DNA of 57,579 nt, filler included, from Sphacelaria rigidula (Eukaryota): the NCBI GenBank assembly GCA_964200075.2. It is 4 parts of 4 records of this genome, joined end to end, with 100 filler letters (N's around TTAATTAATTAA, not from the genome) between each part and the next. Parts side by side here need not be neighbours in the genome. Positions count along the whole stretch, not along the records: positions 28,844 to 43,162 come from CAXNAA020002318.1; positions 43,263 to 57,579 come from CAXNAA020002319.1; 2 more parts are not named here. The stretch is one strand, 5' to 3'. Below are positions 38,701-49,628 of the stretch, one piece after another (positions within the stretch are counted from its first letter, which is position 1; each line of letters starts with the position of its first letter). The notes under the pieces were generated by a model that had not been told where the DNA came from, ran no database searches, and worked only from the letters and a program-made list of their open reading frames with translations. The position numbers were made by a program, and so were the translations under genes.

Positions 38701-41514
38701 CTGGGTCTTTCATGCGTATCATTAGTGGAAATTACACGACGCCAACACCCGACATCACCGAAACATCGACCCCCGTAGTAACCGTTTTCAAAATACGATT
38801 TTCTCGTTAGATTCTCGTGTCGGTGACGGTTACTGCGATTTGAAGCATGAAGAGATTGGGTGAAAATTGGGCTTGGTATTCGTAATTTCGATTTCGGAAC
38901 AGTTTGAAGGGCGCTGATGGGCTGAGACACATTTTCGTCCATAGCGCCACCGCCACGGCCTTAAACAAAATCCTGCTATGCCACCCTCTTCGTCTCTTCA
39001 TTGTGGTCAGTATGGTACCATATATGCGACTATTGGGTGCGTATTACGGAAGTCATTTGCTGATGACACAATTTTGGGTGATCACCGTGAACCAGCCTCT
39101 AGGGTTGTCGTATTTTTTCGCTGGTGAAAATTAAAAGACGCAAGAGATCAGAGTGAGACTTTCGCATATATACCCCTTCTAGGGTCGAAGCTCTCAAGAG
39201 CAGGGCGGCACGTGCACTGCGCCAAGTTGACAGGGGGTTTTAGTGGGAGCATCCCCCACACTGCCTTGAGCCACCGCTCGATACGCCTTCCCCATATGAC
39301 TGCCGCGAGGTGGTCTAGCCGAGCCTTCGGGTAATCGGCACACGAGCTAGCTAGCGATCGCCTGCGATCGCTTGCGGGCTGAGTGTTGGGTTGGGTTTCC
39401 TCCTTCCATTAAGGAAATATTTATATATATATATAATATATATATACCGCTTTCGAGGGGTTTATACCCCTTTCGAGGGGTTGTACGTAGTGCCCTGCTT
39501 TGATCATATAAAACGGACGCACACAACATGACGTGACCGCATGTATGACACGAAGCAAGGTTCATGTGGCGTCGCATTCTCGGCCGAGACACCTTGCAAA
39601 AAAACGGTGACTTTCCCCCCAGGACGACCCGGCTCGAACGAACTCTAGACACGTGCACACCTACTCTTCTCCGCTTCATCAAGTCGGCACACACATGCAG
39701 AATCAAGGCATTCACTTACACTCAGCTGAAAATCATCACCTTCTCCTGATGGAAGAAGGGAACATCAGGGCACGTCCGCGGCACATCCACCAATATTTGC
39801 CTCAATATATTCTGCTCCTGGTAGCTCCGCGCGGCGTCAGGGACGTCGAAGTACTGCGGAACTGCCTCCCGATACTCCCGTCGCTTGCGCTCGAGAGCCA
39901 CTGCCCGCCGCCCGCGATTCGCAGGCATGTAGCCCACCAGCAGCTGCCACACGGCGGCGCGGTGACACGGCGGCACACCGTTCCAGCTGAGCTGCCGCAG
40001 CTGGTCCAGCTTCACCACCTCCTCCTGGAGGACTTCGTCGAATCGCTTATCTCGGTAACTCGGGCGAGAGACCATTGCCGGCGGTGGCGTGTATTTCAAC
40101 TCTGACGACTTCGGGCGAGGCGATGTTGGGGGTTTTGGTGCCGGCAACATGTCTTTAGTTGCGCTTGTCGCCGCCGCTGCTGCTCTGGGTGACGAGTACT
40201 CTCCCGGAGACGATGTTTGTTGAGGAGGCGGCGGCGGTGGCAGGGCCGGTGACGGCGAAGGTGGGCGTTCAAAATCTGCACGGGTGATGCCGTTGCCGTC
40301 GCTACCTTCGGCGCATTCATCCCCTCCGCTGTCTTTTGTCGATGTCACTGTTGATGCGCGAGGTCTCGAGGGTGAGAATGGCGCGGCGGACCCCGCGGCA
40401 GCTGCTCCGGCGGGGGTGGTGCGCGAGCCTAGCGTGCGTGAGCTGGAGGGTCGACGAACTTGGCCATGGTTGTGGGTGCTGCGGGTATCGCTGCCATCTC
40501 GGTTCGTGTTCCCGGTTGATAATCTTCGGCCGCCTTCCAGCTCCCTCCATCCGCCCGAGGATCCGAGGGGTGAGAGTGAGCGGTCATCCGCACCGCCGAC
40601 CGAGCGTTGCCTGCGGATACCAGTCGCTGACGAGGCTGTATGTGTGCATGTATGCGTGAATGTGCACGCATGTGTGCATGCAGAGCAGTCGAGTTCAAGC
40701 AAGTTGAGGTTCAGAGAGAGGGTCAGGGGGCAGGACAAGCATTGACAGTAGCATCCTGATTGAGAGTAGTGGGCTCCTTCGGGGGCAAGCGCAGATCTTA
40801 CTCCAGCGCTAAGCGGATAGCTTCACGAACGCCTGTGGCAACGAAGACCGCGTGCTTGCAGTCAAACCCGTTCAGCGTCGGCTTTCCGTGACGGTGTCCT
40901 GGGCTGTCGGCTCTGCAACCCTTTACAGCCGAAGAACATGAAAGGTTTGATTTAACGTGTCACGAGCCCAAACGCCTTTCTGGAACTGCAATTCGACAAA
41001 GCCCCGTAGCCCCGCTTCCTCTACTGTTCTGCCGCGAGCGAAAAACGGAAGGACATATTTCACTCCGCATTGGAGCAATAACTTACAGTGGGACCTGCTA
41101 ATGGCACTACCACAGTACAGTACATTGTGATCATCACTTACAGGAAACCTGGCGACTCTCTGCGGCCGTTTTACAACTGTCATCACCACCACTGTTGCTG
41201 CTGCCGCCAGTGACACCGTCTGCGATGGCGCCAGCGGCAATGTTACCCTTATTGTCTGCTCGCGTGGAGGCTGCACGGACGCGCGTTCGCAAGGAACCAG
41301 GCAACGCGCCGCTGCTCGACCGCTGGTGCTGTCCTGCTCCCGTCCACAGCCGGCTGGAGCCCTGTCCCTGTCCAAGGCGCTTGAAGAAGCTGTCGAGGTT
41401 GGAATTGTTCGAGGACGATAAACTCCGCCTTGCCTCTGACTCTCCGCAATCGGAAGCGGCAGTAGCGTTGGCGCCAGCGACAGCATTGCTGCTGTTGGGT
41501 GTTGATCCGTCCAT
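32745..41514 (-). CDS. TBC1D22: TBC-domain Rab GTPase-activating protein, TBC1D22/Gyp1 family: exons 41514-41142, 40635-39740, 37653-37530, 37034-36928, 36696-36621, 33666-33440, 32870-32745
   Basis: All junctions are GT-AG and phase-consistent (1,0,1,0,1,0). Motifs: LRQLSWNGVPPCHRAAVWQLLVGYMP, QILVDVPRT (IxxDxxR arginine finger), WAIRHPASGYVQGINDL (YxQ glutamine finger), EADVYWCLTKLLDNIQDHYT, QFAFRWMNCLLMRE, FLQDMPTKEWGEEEVEPLLSQAY. An in-frame TGA just upstream supports the ATG at 41514. Confidence 0.95.
34937..35208. mobile_element. Hairpin MITE-like element in a TBC1D22 intron
   Basis: ttcctcacgccgttttttcgag..cacgaaaatttgcacacatgt versus acatgtgtgcaaattttcgtg..ctcgaaaaaacggcgtgaggaa. Confidence 0.7.
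37706..37960. mobile_element. Hairpin MITE-like element in a TBC1D22 intron
   Basis: aaaacctcacgccgtttt...aaaacggcgtgaggtttt; same family as 9139-9420. Confidence 0.7.
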
Positions 41515-44224
41515 GGCTAACTCGCCTCACGTGTCCGCACCCGCGATCCTTCTCCCGAGCGGAGCGAGTCCCGCGTCAACGAGGCTTCTTGTTTTTTGCT
41601 CTGTAATAATTATCTAATGTTTTGCTCTCCCCTGTGATGCACACGAATGGTAGGCGCACCGCCCGAACAGATGGGGATAATGCACCTTCAATTTTGTGTG
41701 CTGTGTACGCTAGCCGAACAACTTGCTAATGTAAGTCCTTCCCCGCGCGTGTTCGTATCCTCCCGCCTCTGGAGGTGGGCGTGCTGTGCGAGGTGCCAAC
41801 CAGAACAAACTTATGTGCGTCTTGCTTTTGCACACTGTATTGAGCACACACGTGCATGCATATACATATACAGCCAGACAATCACCCACGGGTGTAAAGT
41901 GTGTGTCTCTCGCAAGAATACTGGCCTTCTGCTCGCACCCTGAAAGCTGGGGCACAGCTTGCCACCGTCGGCTAGCCACCTGGGACGTTCTGATATCACG
42001 CGAAATGAGCTAATAACGGTGACACTTGTCATACTTTAACCAGAAAATGACGATGGGTAATTGCTCATCTATTTAATTATCGCCTTCGGTCACCCTATGG
42101 CACCGCGGTCACATCGGTGATTGTTCACGCTCCCTTGGATTTGGATCACGCTTGGTCAGTCAGGTGCGGGTATTATATAGAGTATGTCCATTGCCTGTAT
42201 TGCGTGGAGGTTTTGCCGCGGGATATCTTCATTTGACTGAGTGCCGCAAAAAAAATCTGTTGCATACTCACCTCTTGTTCTCGACGGTCCGCCCTATATT
42301 GAGAGTTCTCGGACGTCGCGGCGAACTTTTTGTTGGTGCGGGTGTTCGTGTTCGTTGTGTATGTGGCTTCGCCCGTGCTTCCATCGTGCCACGTTCTGCG
42401 AAGAGATTGTGATCGCCGCGGTGAATCGCGTGTCACGGAAGCGTGCGTTCCTTGCACATTGTCTTCGTGGCAATGCCTCTCTGTCTCTGTCTCTGTCTCC
42501 CTTTCTCTGTCTATGCGGTATGTCCGACCTTCTTGCTGTTCTCTCTGGTGCCAAGTCACCAGGGCGGGTACGGCCTGTTAACCCTGTGCGCCGGACGTAG
42601 GCCCACTCAACCAGACATGCACAGCACAACCAAGCCCCATCCTGCTCCTGAGTTCAAATGCCACCATGAAACAAGGATTGTTTATAGTCATAATATGTAG
42701 AGTAGCTCGCTTGAAACCCGAGTACTTGGTGTTCGCCGGCATGAAGCTCGACCTTGTCAACTCAAAAGATCACAGCCGCTATTTGTGGGTGAACTGCTGC
42801 GTAGTGCACATTACGGCCCTGTTCTTCATCAGTCTACTATGTTCTATTTCCACAGGACTATTGTGATAGACGCGGTAGACAGGTCTAACAACTACTCTAC
42901 GAGCCTTATCTCCGGGAGCGTTCACTGTACGCGTCGTTCAAACGCACGCTGGTAGGTTATTGATTTTGACGGGGCCATTTTTTTACTGCTGCCGTGTACC
43001 GAAAGCAACGCAAGGTTTTCCTCGCACGTGTATACGGTATTCCGCACTAATTTTGAATTTGGCCGCGAGACGAAACAGCCACCTCAATGAAAAAGAAAAA
43101 GCTCCTGTGTCGACCTTCTTCCTGTGTGACCCCGGCTGATGCACCCACATATACCGAAAGGTNNNNNNNNNNNNNNNNNNNNNNNNNNNNNNNNNNNNNN
43201 NNNNNNTTAATTAATTAANNNNNNNNNNNNNNNNNNNNNNNNNNNNNNNNNNNNNNNNNNNNGGCCACAAGTGGCGGGCGGCGGTTGCCACATCCTGGTG
43301 AAAGCTCTCCACGGCGACTCATACTGCTTGATACATCTGTACATTACCTGATACGCACAACACCCGAATTATGGTACAGACAGTTTGTACCTGTCCCTGA
43401 AAATAGATTGGATGCAACTTTTGGTCCTCCTCTAACCCTACGGTTACAGACATACGTTGGTTTTTTAGCAACGTGAAGCCACTGCTTCTTGACTATGCAG
43501 GACACGTCATTTATAGCCAGCCTCATTGGTCGTTCTGGAGGCCCAGTCCCAAAAGGGTTGATATCCATGATTTTGGATGTTACCCTTGGGCTGACTCGGG
43601 GTACAAATTTGAACGGATATTCCACTATAGACTCGTCAATTTCGACTGGAATCTTGCAAACGATAGCTTAAAAAAACCGTATGGATACGGGTGTCACGCA
43701 GGAGAAGACAAAACGAAAAACATATTTTCGTAATGGCTTATGCCTTGATTACCATGTTACCCTTGGACCGAAGCAGGTGCTCGTTTACCTGAGGTGCCCC
43801 TTTTCAAATGTTCGTATCTCGAGGTTGCACGCGCTGATTCGGAATCTGAATGGATCGTTCGAGCCGTCTGGTTCAGGGCTGTTCATTGGAACTAGTTCTA
43901 ATACCTCATGCTCAAAACTGGGTTCGAAAAAACTATCCCCCCGCAAGAACGTGTTGTTTTGAAGTGCTCGTTTTCGACGTCCGGTACCGAACTTGCGTCT
44001 GCATTCTGCGTGTGGGTCCGGCACCTGGCGGAAGCTGCACTGTTCAGGTTTCATTTGATATACCCAAGTGAGCCATGGCCCCCTTCTGTTGTTGTGATGA
44101 GTGTCTACAGGCGGCTTTGACGTTTTCGGCGATTCTACGAAACAGCTTTTTTTGGGAAAGGTCCAAACTTGAGCAGTTTTTTATTTTCTGTGAATTTACT
44201 TTCAATAACTATACGCCACTGTAA

Positions 44225-44582
44225 GCTATGAGAGCTAAATGAGCTACGCTTGCTTGCGTTGGGTGAGCTATCAGAGCACATTTGCCCTTGATGAGCTGTG
44301 AGAGCTACATGAGCTCGGTATGTTTGCCCTGGGTGAGCTATGAGAGCTACGAGCTGTGCATGTTCAGCCTGGGTGAGCTACGAACCCGTAGCTCATCAGC
44401 TCATACTTACCCTGCGTGAGCAATGAGTGCTACGTAAGCTACGTATGTTCACCCTGGGTGAGCCACCAAACCGTAGGTCATCAGCGCATGTTCACCCTGG
44501 GTGAGCTATCGGGCGTAGCTCATATGTACATGTTTGACTACAAGTGAGCAACAGCCCGCAGATGAGCTAGCTCATGAGCTGC
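44225..44582. repeat. Degenerate GAGCTA / CCCTGGGTGAGCTA minisatellite
   Basis: Many gagcta/gagct motifs and recurring ctgggtgagc units at irregular spacing. Confidence 0.8.
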
Positions 44583-45100
44583 CCCACGTGTGAATATTTT
44601 GCGCAAGCTGCCAAGACAGATACAGTACATTTTTTTGGACCACGGTGGTCATTTTCCATTCGTGGATTTGAAACGTGGTCGTACAGAACTCACGCTGTAC
44701 TGCCTGAAAAGCACCTTCACTTCACGCACAAAAGTAAGGCATGCTGAGAACCATCATCCAAGGTCAAAATTGTGCTCTTAGGCGGGTTCTTATCGGAGAC
44801 AATCAATCACTTTTCTGAAAATTGAGTCTTTGAAAAAAACATTGTCTCCACAACGACCTGTTTCAGGCCTTCTCGAGGTTTTGTCTAGTCGACAATCGGA
44901 GCCCAGATCTGCTCACAGGTTAAGAGATACCTCGGTGCTGAAAGTAGTCGTTCGTGTAGCATCTCTGTACTGCCGAAGACAAGGCGAAACAGGGCAACAC
45001 AGCATCTACACATAGAGCCTCGAAAAATTCGCACAGACACCCACCACTCACGCACATTAGCTCCAGCCCTAGTTCTTGCTCATATACACACGGTGACGGT

Positions 45101-45290
45101 CGCCCCGGTGGCTCAGTTGATACCTTTGGACCCTTTTGACGGTTGGGACGTGGATTCAAATCCCGGAGCGATCTGGGATATATCATCCCATGCCCAACAG
45201 TGGGAGCGACTATGTCGTGGGTACACAAAATTCGACTTCATGGTCGACGAGGGAAAGGGAGTGCTAAACCCCTCTCGCGATGAAAAAAAA
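45101..45290 (+). mobile_element. tRNA-derived SINE-like element
   Basis: Head cgccccggTGGCTCAGTTGA (A-box-like)...GGATTCAAATCC (B-box-like), followed by a ~120-bp body ending in an A-rich tract. No intact cloverleaf. Confidence 0.55.
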
Positions 45291-45347
45291 GAAGGAGACA
45301 AGCACCGCAGGAGGACGATGAAGCACCGAAAACAAACAAGAAGGAAA

Positions 45348-45610
45348 AAAACTCCTGTTGACCGTCTTCCAGTGTGACCCCGGCTGGTGCGCCCACATAT
45401 ACCGAAAGGTGTAGACTGGCGTCCAGCGTAGATGGGACGACAACACACACGGTAGCCTCGAGCACGGCAGAAGGAAGGTGGAGCACGAAAAACATTACAA
45501 GGAATTAAAATTCCTGTGTTGACCTTTCTCTTCCTGTGTGACCCCGGCTGATGTGCGCAAGTATGCCGAAAGGTGTAGACTGACGCTCAGAATAGTATGG
45601 GACGACAGCG
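45348..45610 (+). repeat. Dispersed repeat family (gtgtgaccccggctg..ataccgaaaggtgtagactg..atgggacgac), two adjacent copies
   Basis: Copies at 45348-45450, 45508-45610, 43100-43162 (cut by the gap) and inverted at ~48540-48617. Confidence 0.8.
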
Positions 45611-46814
45611 CACGCGCAGTCATGATTTGACGGAAATCCGCGCTATGTTTGATGAAAGGCGGCCGTGTGCGTGTCGCATTACAACGAGAGCGTGCATGTG
45701 CTGACCCTCTATATGCGTGTGTTGTGCGCGCGTTCCACACACAAGTCATCGTTTCTCTCTGAATCCTGAACAGATTGCGAGGTCACGCACAACGTGATCT
45801 GTTGACGAGCAGCTACGGATCGAGCTCGCGTGTTGTGGTTTGCGTGGGCAATGAGATTTCTCAGGTGTACCTCCGATGGTGTTGGGTCGCGTATCAAGCC
45901 TTACTGGAACGTGCCCCTGTCAACGGGACATCCATGTTCTATGTTTCTTTTTCGGGCTAAAAACAAACTCGTTTTTTTTCTTTCTTCGGAAAAATGATCG
46001 CAGAGTGCAGGAAGTGTTTTTCCAGGAAATGTTCCAACCTTACTCATTTTTTTTTGATAATATGGAGGTGGTATCCTGGATGGTTAGGTGTCGAGACGAC
46101 GCGCACCCCGTGTCTGATGACGCTGAAACTTCTTGTATATGATGGGTAATGCTACGGGGGGGTGTCGAAGCAACAAGCTCGATTTCACTAGGCGCTCAGG
46201 GCGCTGTGTGGGTTGAAACTTGAAACGATGAATATCAGCGTGCCCAGATATCAAACCGGCGAGGAGGCAGCAACAGATCATACCTGCTGTGTCATGATGC
46301 TTCGCCCACCCATGAATGGACCCTTGTTGGAACACAGTTAACAAGCACCGTTGAACTCCATGACATATCTGAGAGCACTGGGCCCAAATTCGCGGCTCCA
46401 ACTCGCGCGACAGCTCGACGTGTGGGTCATCTCGCGCGAACTGTGGGTTTCGTCAAGCACCGCTACAAAGCTACGTCCGGCGAGAGGCTGCGTCCCCTTA
46501 CAGACAGTTCCAGATCCTCCGCTAAGTCGATGATACCAGTCTGATACCCATGGAGGTGATCGTTATCGTATTCTTTTCCCAGTTTCAAATTCGAGAAGGG
46601 TTGGTCAAGATTTGTACGTGAACGTTTCGGTGGTCCAGCAACTTCCACTTCGCCGAGCTGTTGCGGAGTAATTTACTACCTGACGTTTTGACACGTTACG
46701 CAAGTCTAGGTCCACGCCAGACGCAGTCAGCACGATAGTACTCGTGTTCACAGGGCGGCGCCCGCAGCTTTGAAAACACAGCGGCATGCCAAAGGTGAAA
46801 GCAAGTGGAGTCTT

Positions 46815-47040
46815 TTAGTCTATCTCGGCGGCACCATCAACAGCATCTGTGATATCGCCACTGACGTCAGCCACGGCATTGGCCAGGCCTGGAAGTGCTT
46901 CGTCAAGTACAACAGACCGATATACGACAAGGCGTACATTGCCCTGGACGAGAAATGAAATGTACGTTTCCTGGGGCAGAAGTGATTGAAATCATACTTG
47001 ACGGCTGCACGATCTAAACATTCTCACACAATCATTTCAG
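46815..47040 (+). mobile_element. Degenerate non-LTR retrotransposon (RTE-like LINE) ORF2 fragment, post-RT region
   Basis: Reads LVYLGGTINSICDIATDVSHGIGQAWKCFVKYNRPIYDKAYIALDEK* and then, frameshifted, ..AEVIEIILDGC. This matches the RTE pattern F.YLG..I......EI..RI..A...F..L...K...V...LLYGC, with stops and frameshifts. Confidence 0.7.
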
Positions 47041-47195
47041 CCTAGAGTTGTGAACTGATTTGGCTAACCGGTGAGCTGGTTGCGAAAAATTACAACCAGT
47101 TACAGTTATTAGTTAAAACTGGATGACTGGCGGCAAAGCCGGCCCGCAACTCCGCCAGCTTTGCCTGGCAAAGCAACGCGGAGAAGTCGCGTAAA

Positions 47196-47234
<39 letters not shown>

Positions 47235-47982
47235 ACCCCCCCCGCCCCCCGGACCACAGACAAAACAAACAACAAACCCACGCCACAACTCATGACTTCT
47301 CACGCGCTTACNNNNNNNNNNGGAGAAGCGGCCCCCAACCCCCCCCCCTTTTCGTCGCACAGCAAAAGCGGGAAAGCGGGCAAATGCCACCCCCCCCCCC
47401 CCCCCCCTCCCCCCCAGCTGGTAGAGGGGCCCCATTGGAGGCAAGAAAATTAAACCATTTGGCTTCACTATCTCTTCAAAATCGCGGTATATTCTAGCCG
47501 CCTAGCGCCAGCAATTCGAGCACATAATCGGCGCACAAAAATATATGTTCACGGGGGAGAGGGAAATATCACTGAACTGTGCGATGTAAATCTAAAACAC
47601 GAGGCGGTGAGACAGCAGTGCAGCATACATAGCCGTCCGCGTGTACTACCCAAGCGCGAGGAACTAGTAGTAGCACGACAACTTGGTGAATATATTGAGT
47701 GTGACTTCATCAGCCAGGAAAATTGAACAGAAATCTCGACTATTTCTCGTGGTTCGGTATCACATTGTTCAGCCACCATTGGAAGCTTATAACGCTTGAT
47801 GGCGACAGAATAAAGCAAAGCACACACAACAACGCTATGAAACGCGGTGTTGCTTCACATTTCAGATCCGATCAATCAACAACTGTCCATGCCCAATCTC
47901 TATTTTGTTTTTCCAATTTTACTTAGTGAGCTTGGTTTCTGCTCCGGGTGAAAAATTCGACTGACCGGTTTTTCGCGGCTCG

Positions 47983-48155
47983 TTTTTTGCTAGATTTCCC
48001 ACTCTAAAACCCCTATTGATTTCGTTTTTTGGGGGAAAACTTCGTCAAACAGAAACCAAACGCATCTTGCTCCAAGGGGCACCTGGACACCCAGCAGTTG
48101 CTGCTGCCTACCTAGTACCATCCTCCAAATCCAAGTTTTGAGTGAGAACGCCCAG
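47983..48155 (+). repeat. ~170-bp segment duplicated at ~50950-51123
   Basis: Both copies share tttttgctagattt..aacttcgtcaaa..tgctccaaggggcacctg..gctgcctacctagta..tcctccaaatc..ttgagtgagaa. Confidence 0.8.
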
Positions 48156-49489
48156 CGTGCAGCTGCTCGACGCGACCACTGCGTTCCACCACAGACCCTT
48201 CCCCACGTATCCGACAAGGGGGCAACATCCCCGTACGGACAGCAGCAATGCTAGTGGATCCTACGTCCTGACAGTCTGGCAGCCGGCAAGGTGGTTATGA
48301 TAGTGTCCTTCTAGCGATATCAACTTACAGTACACTGGAGCAGAGTTTTCAGGTGAATATTTCGGCGATGGCCTCACCTGCAGTTCGCCCAGATGTTGCG
48401 GATTTTTTCACAATCTCACTGAGTAATATTACATGCGGAAATGTACCAGACCCTGCATTATGTGTGGAAATGTACCAAACCCTGGACAAAGATTTCTACC
48501 GTCAGTGCGAACACGATGTTTAAAGGTTACTGCGCACAGTGTGTTGTGTGTGCTGTCATCCCATCTATTCTGGACGCCGGTCTCCACCTTTCGGTATACG
48601 TGAGTGCACCAGCCGCGGCTGTGTTACCATGCAGCTTCGCCCAAGATACACGCTGCCATCATAGCGGCGGAGGCGGCCTGTAACTCCTGCGTGCGCCACC
48701 TGGGACGCACGTTGTAGCTGCAGCACGGACAGCTTTACAAAATGCGGCGTAGCGATATAGCCCGTAGGGAGGGGTGGTATCCTGCGTACACGTTGGCTGC
48801 AGGTACACGCGGCTGTGTCCATGATGTGGCGAACTGCGTGGGACAGTGCGAAATCAATGCAAGACAGGCATAGGCTAAGAGTGTGACGTCCTGCGGTGTG
48901 CTTTGTCACCCCGCACCCTGCTGCTGTGCAGTGAGCAGGTAGTACCGCCGAAGGTGTCACGCTGCGGTTGGTACGCAGTGTACGCAGTGTCGAACACAGC
49001 AGCAAGCAGCATATATTATGGACAGCAAGTACTATCGCCATCATCCATCGATCAGGGGGGTACCCCGCTTCCTCAAATAGGGTACCCGGGGGTCCCCCCC
49101 CTCCCCTCCTACGGACCCAGAATGAGGTTTGGGCGACCTGAGGGGGTGGTGGTGCCGTCATTTCCCGACATGGGGCCCCTCGGCCCAGCGTGCAGCTGCT
49201 TGACACCGGACGCTGTCCCCTGTTTGCCCGAGAAGCAGCAGTTTTCAACTTATAGTCTATGACATACCGGGAAGCAGGTCCTGTACGTGTACTTGAACAC
49301 ACGCAGGGTAGTGGCTGGGACCAGTGCGGGACGACCTAGTGGGAATTTGCCGGGAAACGGCTCGCGTCTCAGCCCCGGCTGCGGGCCCTAGCGAATATAG
49401 GGCGACGGCGATAACACGAACACGATTTATGCTTCAAATCAACTTTACCCTTCTGTGCGACGACACATCACCATACCCCGGGTGCGTGC

Positions 49490-49628
49490 GGCAGACCTTC
49501 ATTTTAGAGCCACTTCTAACGAGGACCCAGCCAAGACCACTCCGGTTTCACCGCCGCAATCCAAGACCGCAACGTCAAAAACACCGAAATGGATTGAAAT
49601 TGGAAGCGCCCTGGACACACGGCAATCT
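49490..49628 (+). repeat. ~140-bp dispersed repeat, second copy at ~53792-53929
   Basis: Both copies share ggcagacctt..cccagccragaccactccggtttcaccgccg..gaccgcaacgtca..attgaaattggaagcgccctggacaca. Confidence 0.85.

Noticed and set aside
40284-41617. Plus-strand ORFs opposite TBC1D22 exons, and similar shadows over the DnaJ and LPMO exons
   Set aside because: Antisense or alternative-frame shadows of GC-rich coding exons.
46170-46300. NKLDFTRRSGRCVG resembling the copia post-integrase region
   Set aside because: The similarity is too short and interrupted to support without a search.
48565-49302. 245-aa minus-strand ORF (and the 209-aa ORF at 21634-22263)
   Set aside because: No recognisable motif. 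The first overlaps a dispersed repeat and the second is low-complexity sequence downstream of the LPMO stop.
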